From assembly GCA_002633005.1 (NCBI GenBank), contig NMRA01000487.1, positions 241,010 to 305,009 on the forward strand: a stretch of 64,000 nucleotides of DNA, given 5' to 3'. The notes beneath the pieces were generated by a model that was given only the letters and a program-made list of their open reading frames with translations, was not told the DNA's origin and made no database searches. A program made the translations under genes and the position numbers. Below, piece after piece: positions 11,749-36,140 of the stretch (position 1 is its first letter; the number at the start of each line of letters is the position of its first letter). Source of the DNA: Phoronis australis (lineage: Eukaryota > Animalia > Phoronida).

Positions 11749-14700
11749 CTGAAAATGTAGTGAAGACACTTTGTTTTTGTAGACGACTAGCACAATTTGA
11801 ATCAAGTTGGTTTTTGTTTGATTTTCCATGCGTTACAGGGTTACAAGCGTGTTCTCAAATTGGCAAATACGGCATTGTTAATCGTCCAGTTAGAGCTTCG
11901 TGGTACCTTTTTCTATCGGTTAACGTACTTTGAAGTTGCCTCCAGGCCCGGCGTTCAGCTTATAAGATGTATTGATTTTACGAATGGCAACTTTGTCCAA
12001 ACCGTCCCATGATTCGATGACGCGGCCTGTAAAAAGGTCGACCTTGCAAAATGGGCGACCAACGTAAGTATTGTTCTCCACCAGGAAAGACACCAATGCA
12101 ATCAAAGACGCCTTAGTGTCTTTCTCATCTCTGCCTGAAAGTACAATTCAGTGTTTATTAGTTCATAAAATCGTTTTAGTTGATATCGTTTTGATTTGAT
12201 GTGACGTACGCCTTCAATGGTAGCGTGTGAGGTCGTGTCACCAAAACGTCCTCCAGCCACTAAAGGCCACCAATCTTTACCAGTCTACTTATTTTCTACC
12301 TGTTTTATATGTTCTCTACCTCATTTTTTTACATGTCGCGGAACATTTCCATACGTCCAAATATCAAGTCCGAAAAACTTGGGTTATTGGTGAACTTGTA
12401 AAGGCCTGCCATTTAAGGTACAAAACGTTATCACTTATAATGCGCCTGCAATTATGTGACTTGGTGCTGTCAGAAGGGTCCTTGACCAAGAAATAACATT
12501 CCAGCCCTGGCGTAGTTTGTCGCATCTGCTTCCTAAGTCTACGAATCTACTATCCGCTAGCAGGCTTTAAAATCTTCGTTGTGATTGTGAGCATTTCAAG
12601 TCAACTTGCCTGCGTAGATATAGTTTTGCACTTGGATGTTGCGAATACCAGAGTCGGAGTGGGCATTTTGGTCTTTGCAGATAGCCACAGGGTTGATGGG
12701 CGACGAGTCATCGATGTACGCCGGGACTGCAAGACGAATATAGAGTATCAGAAAATCGAGTTCTTTGTAATATCAAAACGCTATTCACTCACCAGATTTA
12801 GAGCTGCCAATCTTCTTCACGGTCAGCAGGGGCAAACAGCGTCATTTTCTCATTAACCCTGTTTTTCTTTTCATATAAGAGTTGTAGTTCTTTTCTCAAC
12901 AAGCTCAATTCACATCTTGCGAACTCAGTTCTTTTCTCATTGACTGCTTTGAATTGTCTCGCGTACCGCAGCGTGATAGTATTGCTGGGTGAAAATGTCT
13001 TTCACTTTATGAAATTTAATGAAGACCTATATAACGCAGATGACTTCTATTAGTGTTATTAATCATAGAAATTTGCAGAATGTGTTTGTTCATTGTATCT
13101 CAATTTTTAACGATAGGGCTCGTTTGCGTTTGTTGGTGCACCGTGAAATTGGCAAACAATATGTGAATCCGAGTAATCACCTAGCTGGATCGTCGTATTG
13201 CCACTCTTCCGAAAATGAGATATTTTTACAGTCTGTCGGTTACGTCTACATCACTGCTCTCACAAACTGCGGGTTAATTCAATAGCAAACTTGGTGCACA
13301 CGGAGGTCAACTATGTCACGTGCGTGTCGGGGGTGTGGCAGTTCAATGTCGCTCAGTCAACTTCGTGTCATTTATGTATGGAGCGAGTTTTGTAACGAAA
13401 TGAAAATTTGAGAGTAACAAAGCGCCAACGATGTCCTTACTTCTTGCGAGTTGCATCTCTTCTGATTTACTGGTCTTACCTAGTTCTTTTACATCCTCGA
13501 TGAAATCTCTTGCCAACATGCCATCGCTCCATCCACTGAACAGCTCGTTTATCTTGCTAACCACCAAGTTTGTACCATACACGGGAACGCCGCGGTAAAA
13601 CTGAGTAAATTTTACCTATGGATGAAACCATACAAGCTTACAAATGTCGTGCGCACGCAGGTTGCGTCAGACCCAGAACACTGGATATTTTTCGGTGTTC
13701 AAGTTTATTACAAAAAATCTAGTGCACATTAAGTGGGAGTTAAGTCTTAAAGACGGCCGTATTTTCGTAGTCTCTAGTTTCCCGCTCGGAAGGTGTTTCA
13801 TATCTGTGCAAGTGCGATTTTCAGTCGGAACAGCAAAGGGATTAGGTCAATAAACCGTGGAAAAATATGGGTATCCCCGGCTATCAAGTAAGTGATGCCA
13901 TTCTTAATCGATCTTCCTCCTGGTGTTGTTATTTTACGAATTAGCCTGTTATCCCAGAAATATCTCGGCACATTCGCCGGCATGCACTCTCCTTTATGAC
14001 AGTCCCATGACTTTCTGTTATTTTTGCTGATTGAAGTGCGAACATGCGCAGATATGAAACACCTCCGAGTGATACTTTGAGGTTACGGAACTCGAGGTGT
14101 TCCGGATGCCTCGAAACGTCCGGAACACCTCGGGTATTTTCCTATCTTTAAATTCATCCGGGACACCTTGAATGTGAGCCTTATCTGCGCATATGTGCGA
14201 ACTTCACCCACACAACCAACCATTCCGTCCGTCCAATACACCTGGGTATTTTTGCAGCCTCACGTTTCCCCTCGGAGGTTATCTGTGTTTGTCGAATTTC
14301 AATCAGACTTCTCTTTGAACTCATATGACTTGTCATACGCCTGAAGTCTGCACAAGCGCAGACAAAAAAAAAAGTTTCGCCTATCGTAAATTTGGGAATA
14401 CAAAAATTTACCCCAGTCGAAATTACCGAGTTGTTCCGAATACCCGGCGGAAGTGCTTCATATCTGTGCATGGAGGATATTCAATTATATGGTTTACCAT
14501 ATTCTTCTAGTCTAAAAAGATTGAAGTTGATCCAATGCCTAAACTGCATCGGACGTGTACAGGCCATACGTGGGACCCATTTCACAAAACACGTGATTTG
14601 AAACTCAAAGCAAGGAGTGTACTACACTCCTTGCTCAAAGGAACTCGTATATGTAAACAGACTACGTGTATATATAGTCATGAGCTTTTTTCTGAGAGAG

Positions 14701-16356
14701 GTTGCAGATGTCCGTGGCGTGGACCACATTTAATTGTTATAATTGTTGCTTGGCTTTTGAACCAAGTTACTGTCTTCAGATAACTCCCACAATCACCTGT
14801 GCTCCTGCTTCAGTGGTCGTCTCACCGTACACTTAACCTTCTTGTACACTGATTCCACAGAGCGAGTCTGGCCATCTCAGTCATTCACTTCTATTTATGG
14901 CAGTCGTTTCCTGTGATTCTCCAGAGAAAGTGTTCACAGCAACAGTTGCTTCTTCACATCTATATCCCAGAAATGACTCAGATAAAAACGACAAATGTCT
15001 AGATAAACATTCGTATCCATACCGAATCCAGGTTAATCCCCACAGGCAGCGTCCAAAACCATTACACAACTGCTTCCGCTTCACGTGGTCATCTCACTTA
15101 ACCCAGAGTGATTCTCTACTCAATTTCACTTCTAAACGCGGTAGGGTTCAACAGTAGGGGCTGTTAACGCACACGCCGTGTAATGACTGGGGTAAAAGAC
15201 CACAAACTAACTGCCAGACAAATGCCGGTAACCAAAAAGGCCACATTCCCGGCGCTTTGTTTTTGGTTACGTGCTTCAGATGGTATTTGGTTAGGCTGCT
15301 GTCCACCACTGCTTCCGCTGCTCTGTTTTTTTTCACATAACCTTCTACCTTGAAGAATCGGTGAGTCCAGAAGAAGTGTGATTATGTCACTTTCACTCAG
15401 GGCCTGTCAAAATACAGTAGGGTCCATGATTCCCCAGGACAAGTTCCACAGTCGAAGTTTCTCCCCTTCGATCATTGCATATTAATTCATCTTTGAGGCG
15501 ACAAAGATCAGTTGCCAAGTAAGATACATTCCTCCGTTCTCGATGCTTGGTCTTTGACCCCGGCCAAGTTAACAGGTACGGTGAGCGTCCTCAACTATAC
15601 AACTCAGTGCTTTCGCTCGCCTGATATCGTCACTATGCGGATAAACCCCACAAAGTAGAGTGATTTACCCAGAACGAGTAACCGCAGCATAAGTTGTTAA
15701 TTTTTCATACCGGGATCAGAGAAGCAATATTCCACTCAAAACGTCAACTGTCCGAGTTCTAAAAATGCTTCCACCGCTGAGTTTCAGCTCCTCCATTAGT
15801 TCCTTCAAGAAACTCAAGTCGTTCAGCCTGGGCTCCTATCAAACCCGAATTATCACGTGGAGGCAATTCGTGTCGGGCTGGTCACCGGTAGTATAGAGCA
15901 GCTTCGTCATTACTTGCCGTATGGCTCATTGAATTTAGCAGATGCGCAAATGAGGGACAGAGCTTGAGGCTACAAAAATGCCCTAGGTGCTCTTCTGAAA
16001 GGGTTTAATGTGCGAGGCACGAGAGACTTGTTGTCGGGTGGTAGGCAAAACATTTATTGGCTTACCTCGCCCACGCACTGTTTTATGCTCGGCGCGTGGT
16101 AAAACTGAATAAGTGGGATACTCGCCGCCAACACTGCCTCCGGCGAAGAAACGTCCTCACGGTTCATTTTGTCTTACCTTTTCTACACCGTCGTGCGTTA
16201 TGAACGACCTTCTCCATTCCAACGACTCGCCGTCGCCCGAAATGTTCACAGTTTTCATGAGAGAGGATAACGACATCGCACCAGCGCCATTTTCAGTTCT
16301 GACCCTCGCCAAATGAGCAGCATATGCGACGGAAGACAGTGACCATAGGAAAACAA
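10870..16356 (-). CDS. Secreted M4-family (thermolysin/elastase/vibriolysin-like) zinc metalloprotease preproprotein, 5'-partial; complement join(16178..16356,13480..13615,12610..12726,11929..12134,10870..11748)
   Basis: The spliced product gives a signal-peptide end (..VFLWSLSSVAYA|AHL), FTP propeptide (FTQFYRGVPVYG), PepSY-like region (RPFCKVDLFTGRVIESWDGL), mature start GPGGNFKIG, NAFWDG, HEVSH, GGINEAFSD and VHHSSG. Phases are consistent; AATAAA lies on the minus strand at 10832-10837. Confidence 0.93.
11929..12134 (-). CDS. M4 protease exon: PepSY-like propeptide end and mature N-terminus
   Basis: ctttcag acceptor and gtacgt donor; encodes ...TGRVIESWDGL...AGPGGNFK. Confidence 0.9.
12610..12726 (-). 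CDS. M4 protease propeptide exon (PAYIDDSSPINPVAICK...NYIYAG), GC donor
   Basis: cttgcag acceptor and CAG|GCAAGT non-canonical donor; 117 nt, phase 1-1, open frame. Confidence 0.75.
13480..13615 (-). CDS. M4 protease FTP-domain exon (VKFTQFYRGVPVYG...DVKEL)
   Basis: catag acceptor and gtaaga donor; Q.Y.GVPV.G FTP motif. Confidence 0.88.
16178..16356 (-). CDS. M4 protease signal-peptide/propeptide exon (start-codon exon further upstream not located)
   Basis: tttcctatttgtcag acceptor and aag|gtaaga donor; hydrophobic stretch with an AYA|A cleavage motif; LEWRRSFITHDGVEK aligns with the elastase propeptide start. Confidence 0.8.
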
Positions 16357-17747
16357 CTGACAAATAGGAAATGTGATTATGAAGTCTAGTTTAAATTGTA
16401 TTTTAGAGTCAATAAATATTAACTGACAAATGAATAGTCCACAAAAACGAAGCTAAAAAAGGGGTTGATACACATACACGAAAGCGACGGCCGTCAGCGA
16501 AAATGTTTTGGGTATGCTTGTTCAGATCACTATCCGTAAATTATGTTGAAGGTAAATGCCACCAAAATATTCCTCCGATTTCAAAAGTTCTAAATCAATG
16601 AAAGCATAAGCTCAAAAAATTTCATAGCGTGTGAACAAATAGTCAGTGCGACAACGTAGACAGTGACCTAACTATTCGTACGCAAAGTCGCTGAAGTCCA
16701 AGTCGTGCAAGCCATCAGGTACAAAGTTGTATCAGATTCGCATCAAGATGCTTGACTGAATATGATGTTGCTTTTGTGTGAATTCTTGTACGCTTATGAC
16801 TCCGTTTTCAATGATAAGATAACGACTTTACGTGTGGGAAACGTCATCGGGCAATAGAGGGAGACGACGGACAACTGTTTTTACAGGCGTAACGACAACC
16901 TTGTTAGTTTGCAGAAATCTATTCGAGAAAAATGATGCTTCAGTGTATTATGACACTATAATGTAACATATGTAATACTTTATAATAGTCAGGTGTGTAC
17001 CATATTTAGAATTTAAATTCTGACAGAAGTTCACATGTAAATATTCATCTACAAAGTTCCAGTCATCGTAGTGCTCTTTCAATGATTTTGCAATAATAGA
17101 CCAGGCAGAAACAAGAAAGGAGCTTAAAATTCGTGAGGCTCTACACATCAGTTGGTGCAAGCCTAATCTCAATAGGCAACTGGCATTATATATCAGGGGC
17201 TTAGGGACCTCACCTTTGCAAAAAACTCCTTCAAAGAATGACCATAATAAAATAAAGTTATCCCGAAACTGGATCACAATAAAACGAATCTTGACCTCGG
17301 AAGCAGAGCAGGCCGATGTGTCTAAGCTGTCTGTATCAAGTGAATCATAGCTGAGCTGACCAGCAACTAGCTTTAGTTCATCGGGAATTTCGTATTTTGA
17401 CACTGTTAGATCTCAGCTATATACTTGAGGCAGCTCTTCGCTACCGGTCAGTGTACTGGTTCTAGGCCCATTCTTATTCTCCGTGTTAGTTCACGGTTAC
17501 TGAACTCTTGATGGCTGCATCATTACTCGAGATTGCCCCCCACCTAGGGCGGACGTGGGAGATTCGGGATTCGGTACAAATATCATGAGAGCGGGGGTGT
17601 GGGGCGGGGGAGATAGTTTCAGTTGGCGAAGTCTCAATGGTTTGTGCCCCCAATAATTTTTGCCTTCCTACGGGCCTGCCTTTGGATAGGTTTAATGTAT
17701 TCTGTGCCATGTAATGGCTATTTTTATGGTGTTAAACACACGGCTGC

Positions 17748-17902
17748 CAGTGGCGGATTTAGAGGGGGGCCATGCCCCCTCCTCCCCCTAAAATTCTCCC
17801 AGATTCCCGGCAGTTCAGAGGTGCGAATGTCTGTCGGGAAAAATCCTGGGTAATATGCTGCCCTGCCCCCCCCCCCAACTCAAAATCCTGGATCCGCCCC
17901 TG
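17748..17902. mobile_element. CAGTGGCGGAT-type MITE (related copies near 47822 and 49481)
   Basis: TIR cagtggcggat...atccgcccctg; internal aaaattctcccagattcc shared with 49481-49625. Confidence 0.6.
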
Positions 17903-19559
17903 GCAACAGGAATTGCATTGCAGCCGTGGGTGCATTTCAACGCTCTACGTCATTGCTCTTCACCATTTGAGCATTCGTTGCAATGCTTTATCTGTCCAAG
18001 GTTATAATAAGTGTGTAGGTGGATAGATTGTTTTTCAAATAAGAATCATTCATTACACAACACACATCCGCTATCGAGGCTTCTCAGTATTGTCATGGCC
18101 GGAAAATTATTATTACATGTAGCTCAACTGTCTTACTCAATTGATTAATGCAGCAGAACATCTGTGCAAGTCGGGGTGGTGCGATGTTACAGTTTAAAGG
18201 TACATGCACCAAAATATTTCAAAATATACTAGACAAACTTCAACAGAAGTCTCCAAGACTCTGCAAAATTTGGATAATTTTTTTCCAGAATAATTTGTCA
18301 GTTTAGTCGATATTTTGTCAGACTTGAATGTGTATTGTGTCTAGTAGTCGCTAATTGTTTGTTTCTGAAGGGACTTACACAGAAACTTGTCGCAACTTCG
18401 ACTACGCGCAACGAGCAAAACTTGTCTAGTTTTTGTTTGACTAGAATTCAGTGGATTCTGTCATTGGATTCGTAGTCTATTCAAAAAGAAACATATATTT
18501 TATTAGCCATGCCAAATTACGACATTGTCTAGTTTATTTTGAAAACCAATGTATGTTAGTCTTTGCACCTTTACACAGTATGTTTTATGCTGTATAGTAA
18601 TTTGTTTGTATGTTAGAGAAAATAAAATCTTAGACAGATATCGTTAACTTAAAAAAGCTAAGTTACACACGTATAGTAATCACGGGTACCAGTGCTAAAA
18701 AATTCATCACGAACAGCGACCTCTTTTGGTGATTTCCAGTCCAGAGCGGCCATTTTTGAATGTTTACGTCGCGGTAGTTTCAATGTTTTTGTCCATTACT
18801 TTGCCTTCGAAGCTCCATATATTGCGAAAGGTGTTTCCCTGAATATCCTGATGCTTTGAAAAGTGCAAGCTTGATTTGAGGTAATCTTTGAGTTTCATGG
18901 TAAACACACAAGATTGATAATTCAATTCAATTAGATTTGTGACCAGTTCATTTGCAACCAATCATAGTACATCATACACATTTGCAGTCACTAGCCATTA
19001 GAGACGTAACCCTTTCTGTAAGTAAGTATTTACAAGTCTTAGGCTAATAATACTTGTAATATCACTGACTATGACAGTACAATACAGAATAACAAATAAT
19101 AAAATATAATCACATATGAAATGAGTCTTGTCCTCAATCAGTACCCTAGGCCTAGGGCCTTGGCGGGTACTGAGGACAGGACTTGCTAGGGCCTTGACAA
19201 TGACCACCGTCTCGATCGACCTTCGAGCCGGTGAAGGTCCTATAGGCGCTTCATATGTCAAAAGCTTTTTGGAAAATTTTGCCTCATACTTAGGAGGCCG
19301 TCAATGTCTTTCATTCCTTCCCACTCGAACAAATACTCCTGTAATCAATTTCGAGCAGTCCTTCATTCAGTTTCCCAAATCAGCAACTGGCCATTTTTAC
19401 ACTGCACGCGCCTGTAGATAAAATGTCATATGTCCATCGAGGTATGCATAGAACCAGAAAGGATTCCTGAAGAAAGCAAGTGCTTTTTAAGTTACAATTT
19501 TAAGTATGGAATGCATTTTTAACGAGGTGAAGACCTATTCAATGATCTGACTTGGGCTA

Positions 19560-19818
19560 CCACCTGTTTAAAATATAAAAGGATGATATTAGTTTAGAGA
19601 TCGATGGGGAGTACTGTACCCCTCGCCAGCCAGCCGAGGGGCTACGTGTTTCCTGTGGTCTGAGGCTGAGCTGCATGCATTCAGTACCAAACTGGGGGTA
19701 TAGATTGCAAGAATCTTGCGAGTACAATAGTGTAGTAATTGCGAAGATTTCCTGTGTCGGGAATCGAACCAGCAACCCTGATAAAAAAAGGAAGCATGCC
19801 AACCATTCGGGTAATAGA
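19560..19818 (-). mobile_element. Degenerate tRNA-derived SINE
   Basis: Minus-strand A-box-like TACCCGAATGG and B-box GGTTCGATTCC (19760-19770); no cloverleaf. 3' boundary approximate. Confidence 0.45.
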
Positions 19819-19970
19819 CAATTGACCATTAGTGAGAGACTCATATGATTCACTGGAAGCACGTCTAACGCATTCCCCCCTTACCTACAGAATGGGCACA
19901 ACCAGGTAGGTGAGCACCATAACATATCGCATACAAGTCATTGATGTCCTTTGGCATCTTTACCACCACA

Positions 19971-21987
19971 ACACAGGTGAACATTTACTTGTAAACATGG
20001 TGGTATCTGCTACCCAGCGTCGTCGTCAGCTAGGAGTCCATCTTCATCGTGGGTTTCAACCTTGACCTAGAACCCTCTCCGATGGTAGGTCTCTGAAGGC
20101 TGATCAGACCTCCAGCCGACGCTGGGGTTGCCATTTGTTCTCACGCTGTAACCACAGCCACACGGTTGCTTCCTCCGCTGCTCTTACAGTAGACTTAAAC
20201 ATATCAGCTCGCCCTCTTGATGAAATGCCCAGTAGCTTCGTCATCCGCCACATGCTTCCAGCAATAAACCCTCGACATCCAACTTCTATGGGGAGACAGA
20301 AGCATTTCCAGCCATTCGCTGCACATTCCTGCGATAGCTCTGCGTACTTGAGTAGTTTCCTCTCGTGAGCCTCTTGCACCCTAGTCTCCCACGGCACCGT
20401 TAACTCGATCAAAGTCACTATCTTCTTGCTGTCTGCCCACAACACTATGTCTGGTCGTAACTGGGTTACTGCAATATGGCTTGGGAATGAACNNNNNNNN
20501 NNNNNNNNNNNNNNNNNNNNNNNNNNNNNNNNNNNNNNNNNNNNNNNNNNNNNNNNNNNNNNNNNNNNNNNNNNNNNNNNNNNNNNNNNNNNNNNNNNNN
20601 NNNNNNNNNNNNNNNNNNNNNNNNNNNNNNNNNNNNNNNNNNNNNNNNNNNNNNNNNNNNNNNNNNNNNNNNNNNNNNNNNNNNNNNNNNNNNNNNNNNN
20701 NNNNNNNNNNNNNNNNNNNNNNNNNNNNNNNNNNNNNNNNNNNNNNNNNNNNNNNNNNNNNNNNNNNNNNNNNNNNNNNNNNNNNNNNNNNNNNNNNNNN
20801 NNNNNNNNNNNNNNNNNNNNNNNNNNNNNNNNNNNNNNNNNNNNNNNNNNNNNNNNNNNNNNNNNNNNNNNNNNNNNNNNNNNNNNNNNNNNNNNNNNNN
20901 NNNNNNNNNNNNNNNNNNNNNNNNNNNNNNNNNNNNNNNNNNNNNNNNNNNNNNNNNNNNNNNNNNNNNNNNNNNNNNNNNNNNNNNNNNNNNNNNNNNN
21001 NNNNNNNNNNNNNNNNNNNNNNNNNNNNNNNNNNNNNNNNNNNNNNNNNNNNNNNNNNNNNNNNNNNNNNNNNNNNNNNNNNNNNNNNNNNNNNNNNNNN
21101 NNNNNNNNNNNNNNNNNNNNNNNNNNNNNNNNNNNNNNNNNNNNNNNNNNNNNNNNNNNNNNNNNNNNNNNNNNNNNNNNNNNNNNNNNNNNNNNNNNNN
21201 NNNNNNNNNNNNNNNNNNNNNNNNNNNNNNNNNNNNNNNNNNNNNNNNNNNNNNNNNNNNNNNNNNNNNNNNNNNNNNNNNNNNNNNNNNNNNNNNNNNN
21301 NNNNNNNNNNNNNNNNNNNNNNNNNNNNNNNNNNNNNNNNNNNNNNNNNNNNNNNNNNNNNNNNNNNNNNNNNNNNNNNNNNNNNNNNNNNNNNNNNNNN
21401 NNNNNNNNNNNNNNNNNNNNNNNNNNNNNNNNNNNNNNNNNNNNNNNNNNNNNNNNNNNNNGTGAACTCAGCCCTCTGCTCTCTTTCTTCCAGGAATACC
21501 TCGTCAGTGGTGACTGCTGACATCTCTACTATTGAAGCTTGAGTCTGTGTCTGGGCCAAAGCATAAGTCGCATCAGCCTCTTTCTCTTCACTGGCATTGA
21601 ATACAGTAGCTCTGTGGTTTCCTCCCCGGCTACTACCTTCATTCGTCTGACTAGAAGTACTTGCTGTACCATCTAAGCGCTGCCGTTGAAGACATTTCAT
21701 CTTCCCCTGATGTATTCTGACACCTCGTACATTCTTGCATACTTTGCCACAAACACAAACTCTCGTGTTGTCGATATTCAATCTCATTGTCCTTGTTCGT
21801 TGCCGTGTCATCATCGTCGTAATCTGATCATTGGGTCCTTCATCCTCCCCCCCTCTCGTAGGACCCTGAGGGTATTCTCTCGTATGGTTACTTGTAGCAC
21901 TTGACATTACACCGGAGGTAGGTTGCTAGCCTTTCCGGCGGTTTGGTTGTCTCTCATACACGTCCTGGACTCCTGGAATTTTTCCCA
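19971..21987 (-). mobile_element. HERO-clade (R2 group, RLE) non-LTR retrotransposon; middle hidden in the N gap
   Basis: N-terminal zinc finger CVCGKVCKNVRGVRIHQGKMKC (ORF from 21907). C-terminal restriction-like endonuclease FPSHIAVTQLRPDIVLW...IELTVPWE...ERKLLKY...PIEVGCRGF ends at 20104. Possible 7-bp TSD caccaca. Confidence 0.85.
20493..21461. other. Assembly gap (969 N)
   Basis: Run of N. Confidence 1.
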
Positions 21988-23079
21988 TCACCACACCATG
22001 CATGAGGTCCACGAGTTCTAGATGGCAGTGTTTCATTGGTTTATCATTCGTTTTGCTGACAACACCAATTGTAGGTTATGTAAAAACAGTTTTCTTAGAT
22101 TTATTATCTATGTTTCAAAATTTTTCTGTTTATTTCGTGAAATCAGTGCATTTGCCACCACAGCAATCAGCACACATCAAACACACACTTAAATTACACC
22201 AGGAGGTACACAGACGGAAGTCAACGGTTTTTACACTGGGTTGGACAACCTCAGATTTCATTTGGCAACCTGGGATTTTTGCTAGGTCGCCAAATGCGAC
22301 TTGGTGTTAAGCTAAGCATCGAGCGCTGCTGTCGCAAAGTGAATTAGTTTTACTGTCCTGTCTTTTCTGGTTGGGCCCTAAACCTTTTGAAAGGAATCCA
22401 AGCTTGAGTTTGTGGAAAAGAAATCTGAATACCCAGACAATTTATTTCATTTAGAAGTATTAAAAGGTATGACCTCCAGAGATATCCCTACACACCTTGT
22501 GAGAGGTAGTTGAAGTTGGCTAGATTAATCATTAATTTCCTTTGTTGGAATGATAAAGCCCCGCTTAGATTCATCAAGGAGTTTACCATGTACATCTGGG
22601 CACAAGCCTGTGAGCTTATGAAATGGTAGTAGGCTTGTATCGTACATTTCGTCTGGTGCATTTGTAGTTGTCGGGCTGCGAGGAAGTCCAATGACACCAG
22701 GCATCTGCCCGATGACGTAGACTGGGATTTAGTGTTGATAATACATTGAGCTAGGTAAATTATGATGGTTTAGAAAAATGAATTTGTTAATTCATTCTGT
22801 CAAAACTGAATAATGTTACGGTAAAAATTCTCCAATTTAGGACCGTGAAAAATTAATTATTTCGCTCGAAGTGGCGGCTTGTCCCAAATTCTAGAAATAG
22901 GCAATATTGGTCGTTCCACATTCAAGAATCACCGGAAGACGGCTAAATTACCTACTCTGTATATTCAAAACACATCCAAAATTTGGGAATTATGGTGAAA
23001 GCCAAACTCACCCTTGTCCCAAATTCTAGAATGAAGAAATATCAATTTTTGCAGGAGTTTTGATGGCATAAATTCTTGA

Positions 23080-35496
<12,417 letters not shown>

Positions 35497-35632
35497 GTAG
35501 GTTAGCATTTTCCAATTTCAGCATAGATGGCATCGTGATTGGCATACTAAGAATAATAATGGTAGTAATGATAACAATAATAGTAATAATAACAGTAATA
35601 GTAGTGAATATAAAGGTGGTGGTAGCATTCAA

Positions 35633-36140
35633 GTTGTTTTCCCATTAGAGGCGAAACTTCGCTTTTACCGAAGTTTCGGTAAGTGGAGAAGATTAATTCT
35701 GGTAGTTAATCTGCAAGTGAAACTTCGTTTAAAATCGCAGGATTTATAAGCAAAGGTTCGGTATTGGGAACAGTCAAAGCTAAACTTCGCTGAAGTCATT
35801 GATAGAGGTCACGGTAAGGATATGCGATCAGGCGAGACTAGCAAAACGCATTTTTTGTTACTGTAGGGTAGCGACGTGCTCTAAATAGGCACACGTAAAT
35901 AAATAAAAGGAATTATACCTGATGAAGAATGACACTGATCATTTTCGTAAACACTCGTAAATGGCAAGAGAACAATTTTCAGCTAGCCTAAAACCCACTA
36001 CTTAATATTCGTTTGATAGTACGAATGAACTGCGTTGACTGGTATTGTAGAAATATCTTCGATATCGCTATCTAGTCGGAAAGTTAAGCGAAGTTTGGGC
36101 ACAGCTCGGTAAACCAAAGTTCTCCTAGTGGGAAAGCAAC
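35633..36140. mobile_element. MITE with imperfect TIRs
   Basis: gttgttttcccattagagg... pairs with ...ctcctagtgggaaagcaac; internal aaacttcg/cgaagttt repeats. Confidence 0.55.

Noticed and set aside
10870-11829. M4 protease ORF as bacterial contamination, or starting at the ATG at 11829
   Set aside because: The gene is split by spliceosomal introns and flanked by eukaryotic genes. The first 27 codons of the track ORF are intronic; homology continues in exon 11929-12134.
12793-12858. Extra M4 exon suggested by a minus-strand GTGAGT donor near 12790
   Set aside because: The 66-nt candidate has an in-frame TGA, shorter acceptors break phase, and the flanking exons already join in frame.
14700-16050. 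GC-richer, coding-looking stretch inside the long M4 intron
   Set aside because: The frames examined are interrupted by stops and no domain was recognisable; probably a decayed transposon, unassignable without a search.
16948-17403. 151-aa minus-strand ORF as the missing first M4 exon or a separate gene
   Set aside because: It has a phase-compatible donor near 17213 but no in-frame ATG before it and no recognisable homology.
19740-19820. tRNA gene
   Set aside because: A- and B-box-like motifs are present but there are no acceptor or anticodon stems; treated as a SINE head.
20381-21907. Long 353-508 aa ORFs spanning 20.4-21.9 kb
   Set aside because: Artefacts of translating through the N gap; only the minus-strand HERO ends are meaningful.
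22200-22330. RFX X-box-like motifs (ggcaac/gacaac) as a ciliary promoter for ULK4
   Set aside because: The segment is the reverse complement of a repeat end also seen at about 34505-34600 (cagggctcga...), so the motifs are better explained as transposon subterminal repeats.
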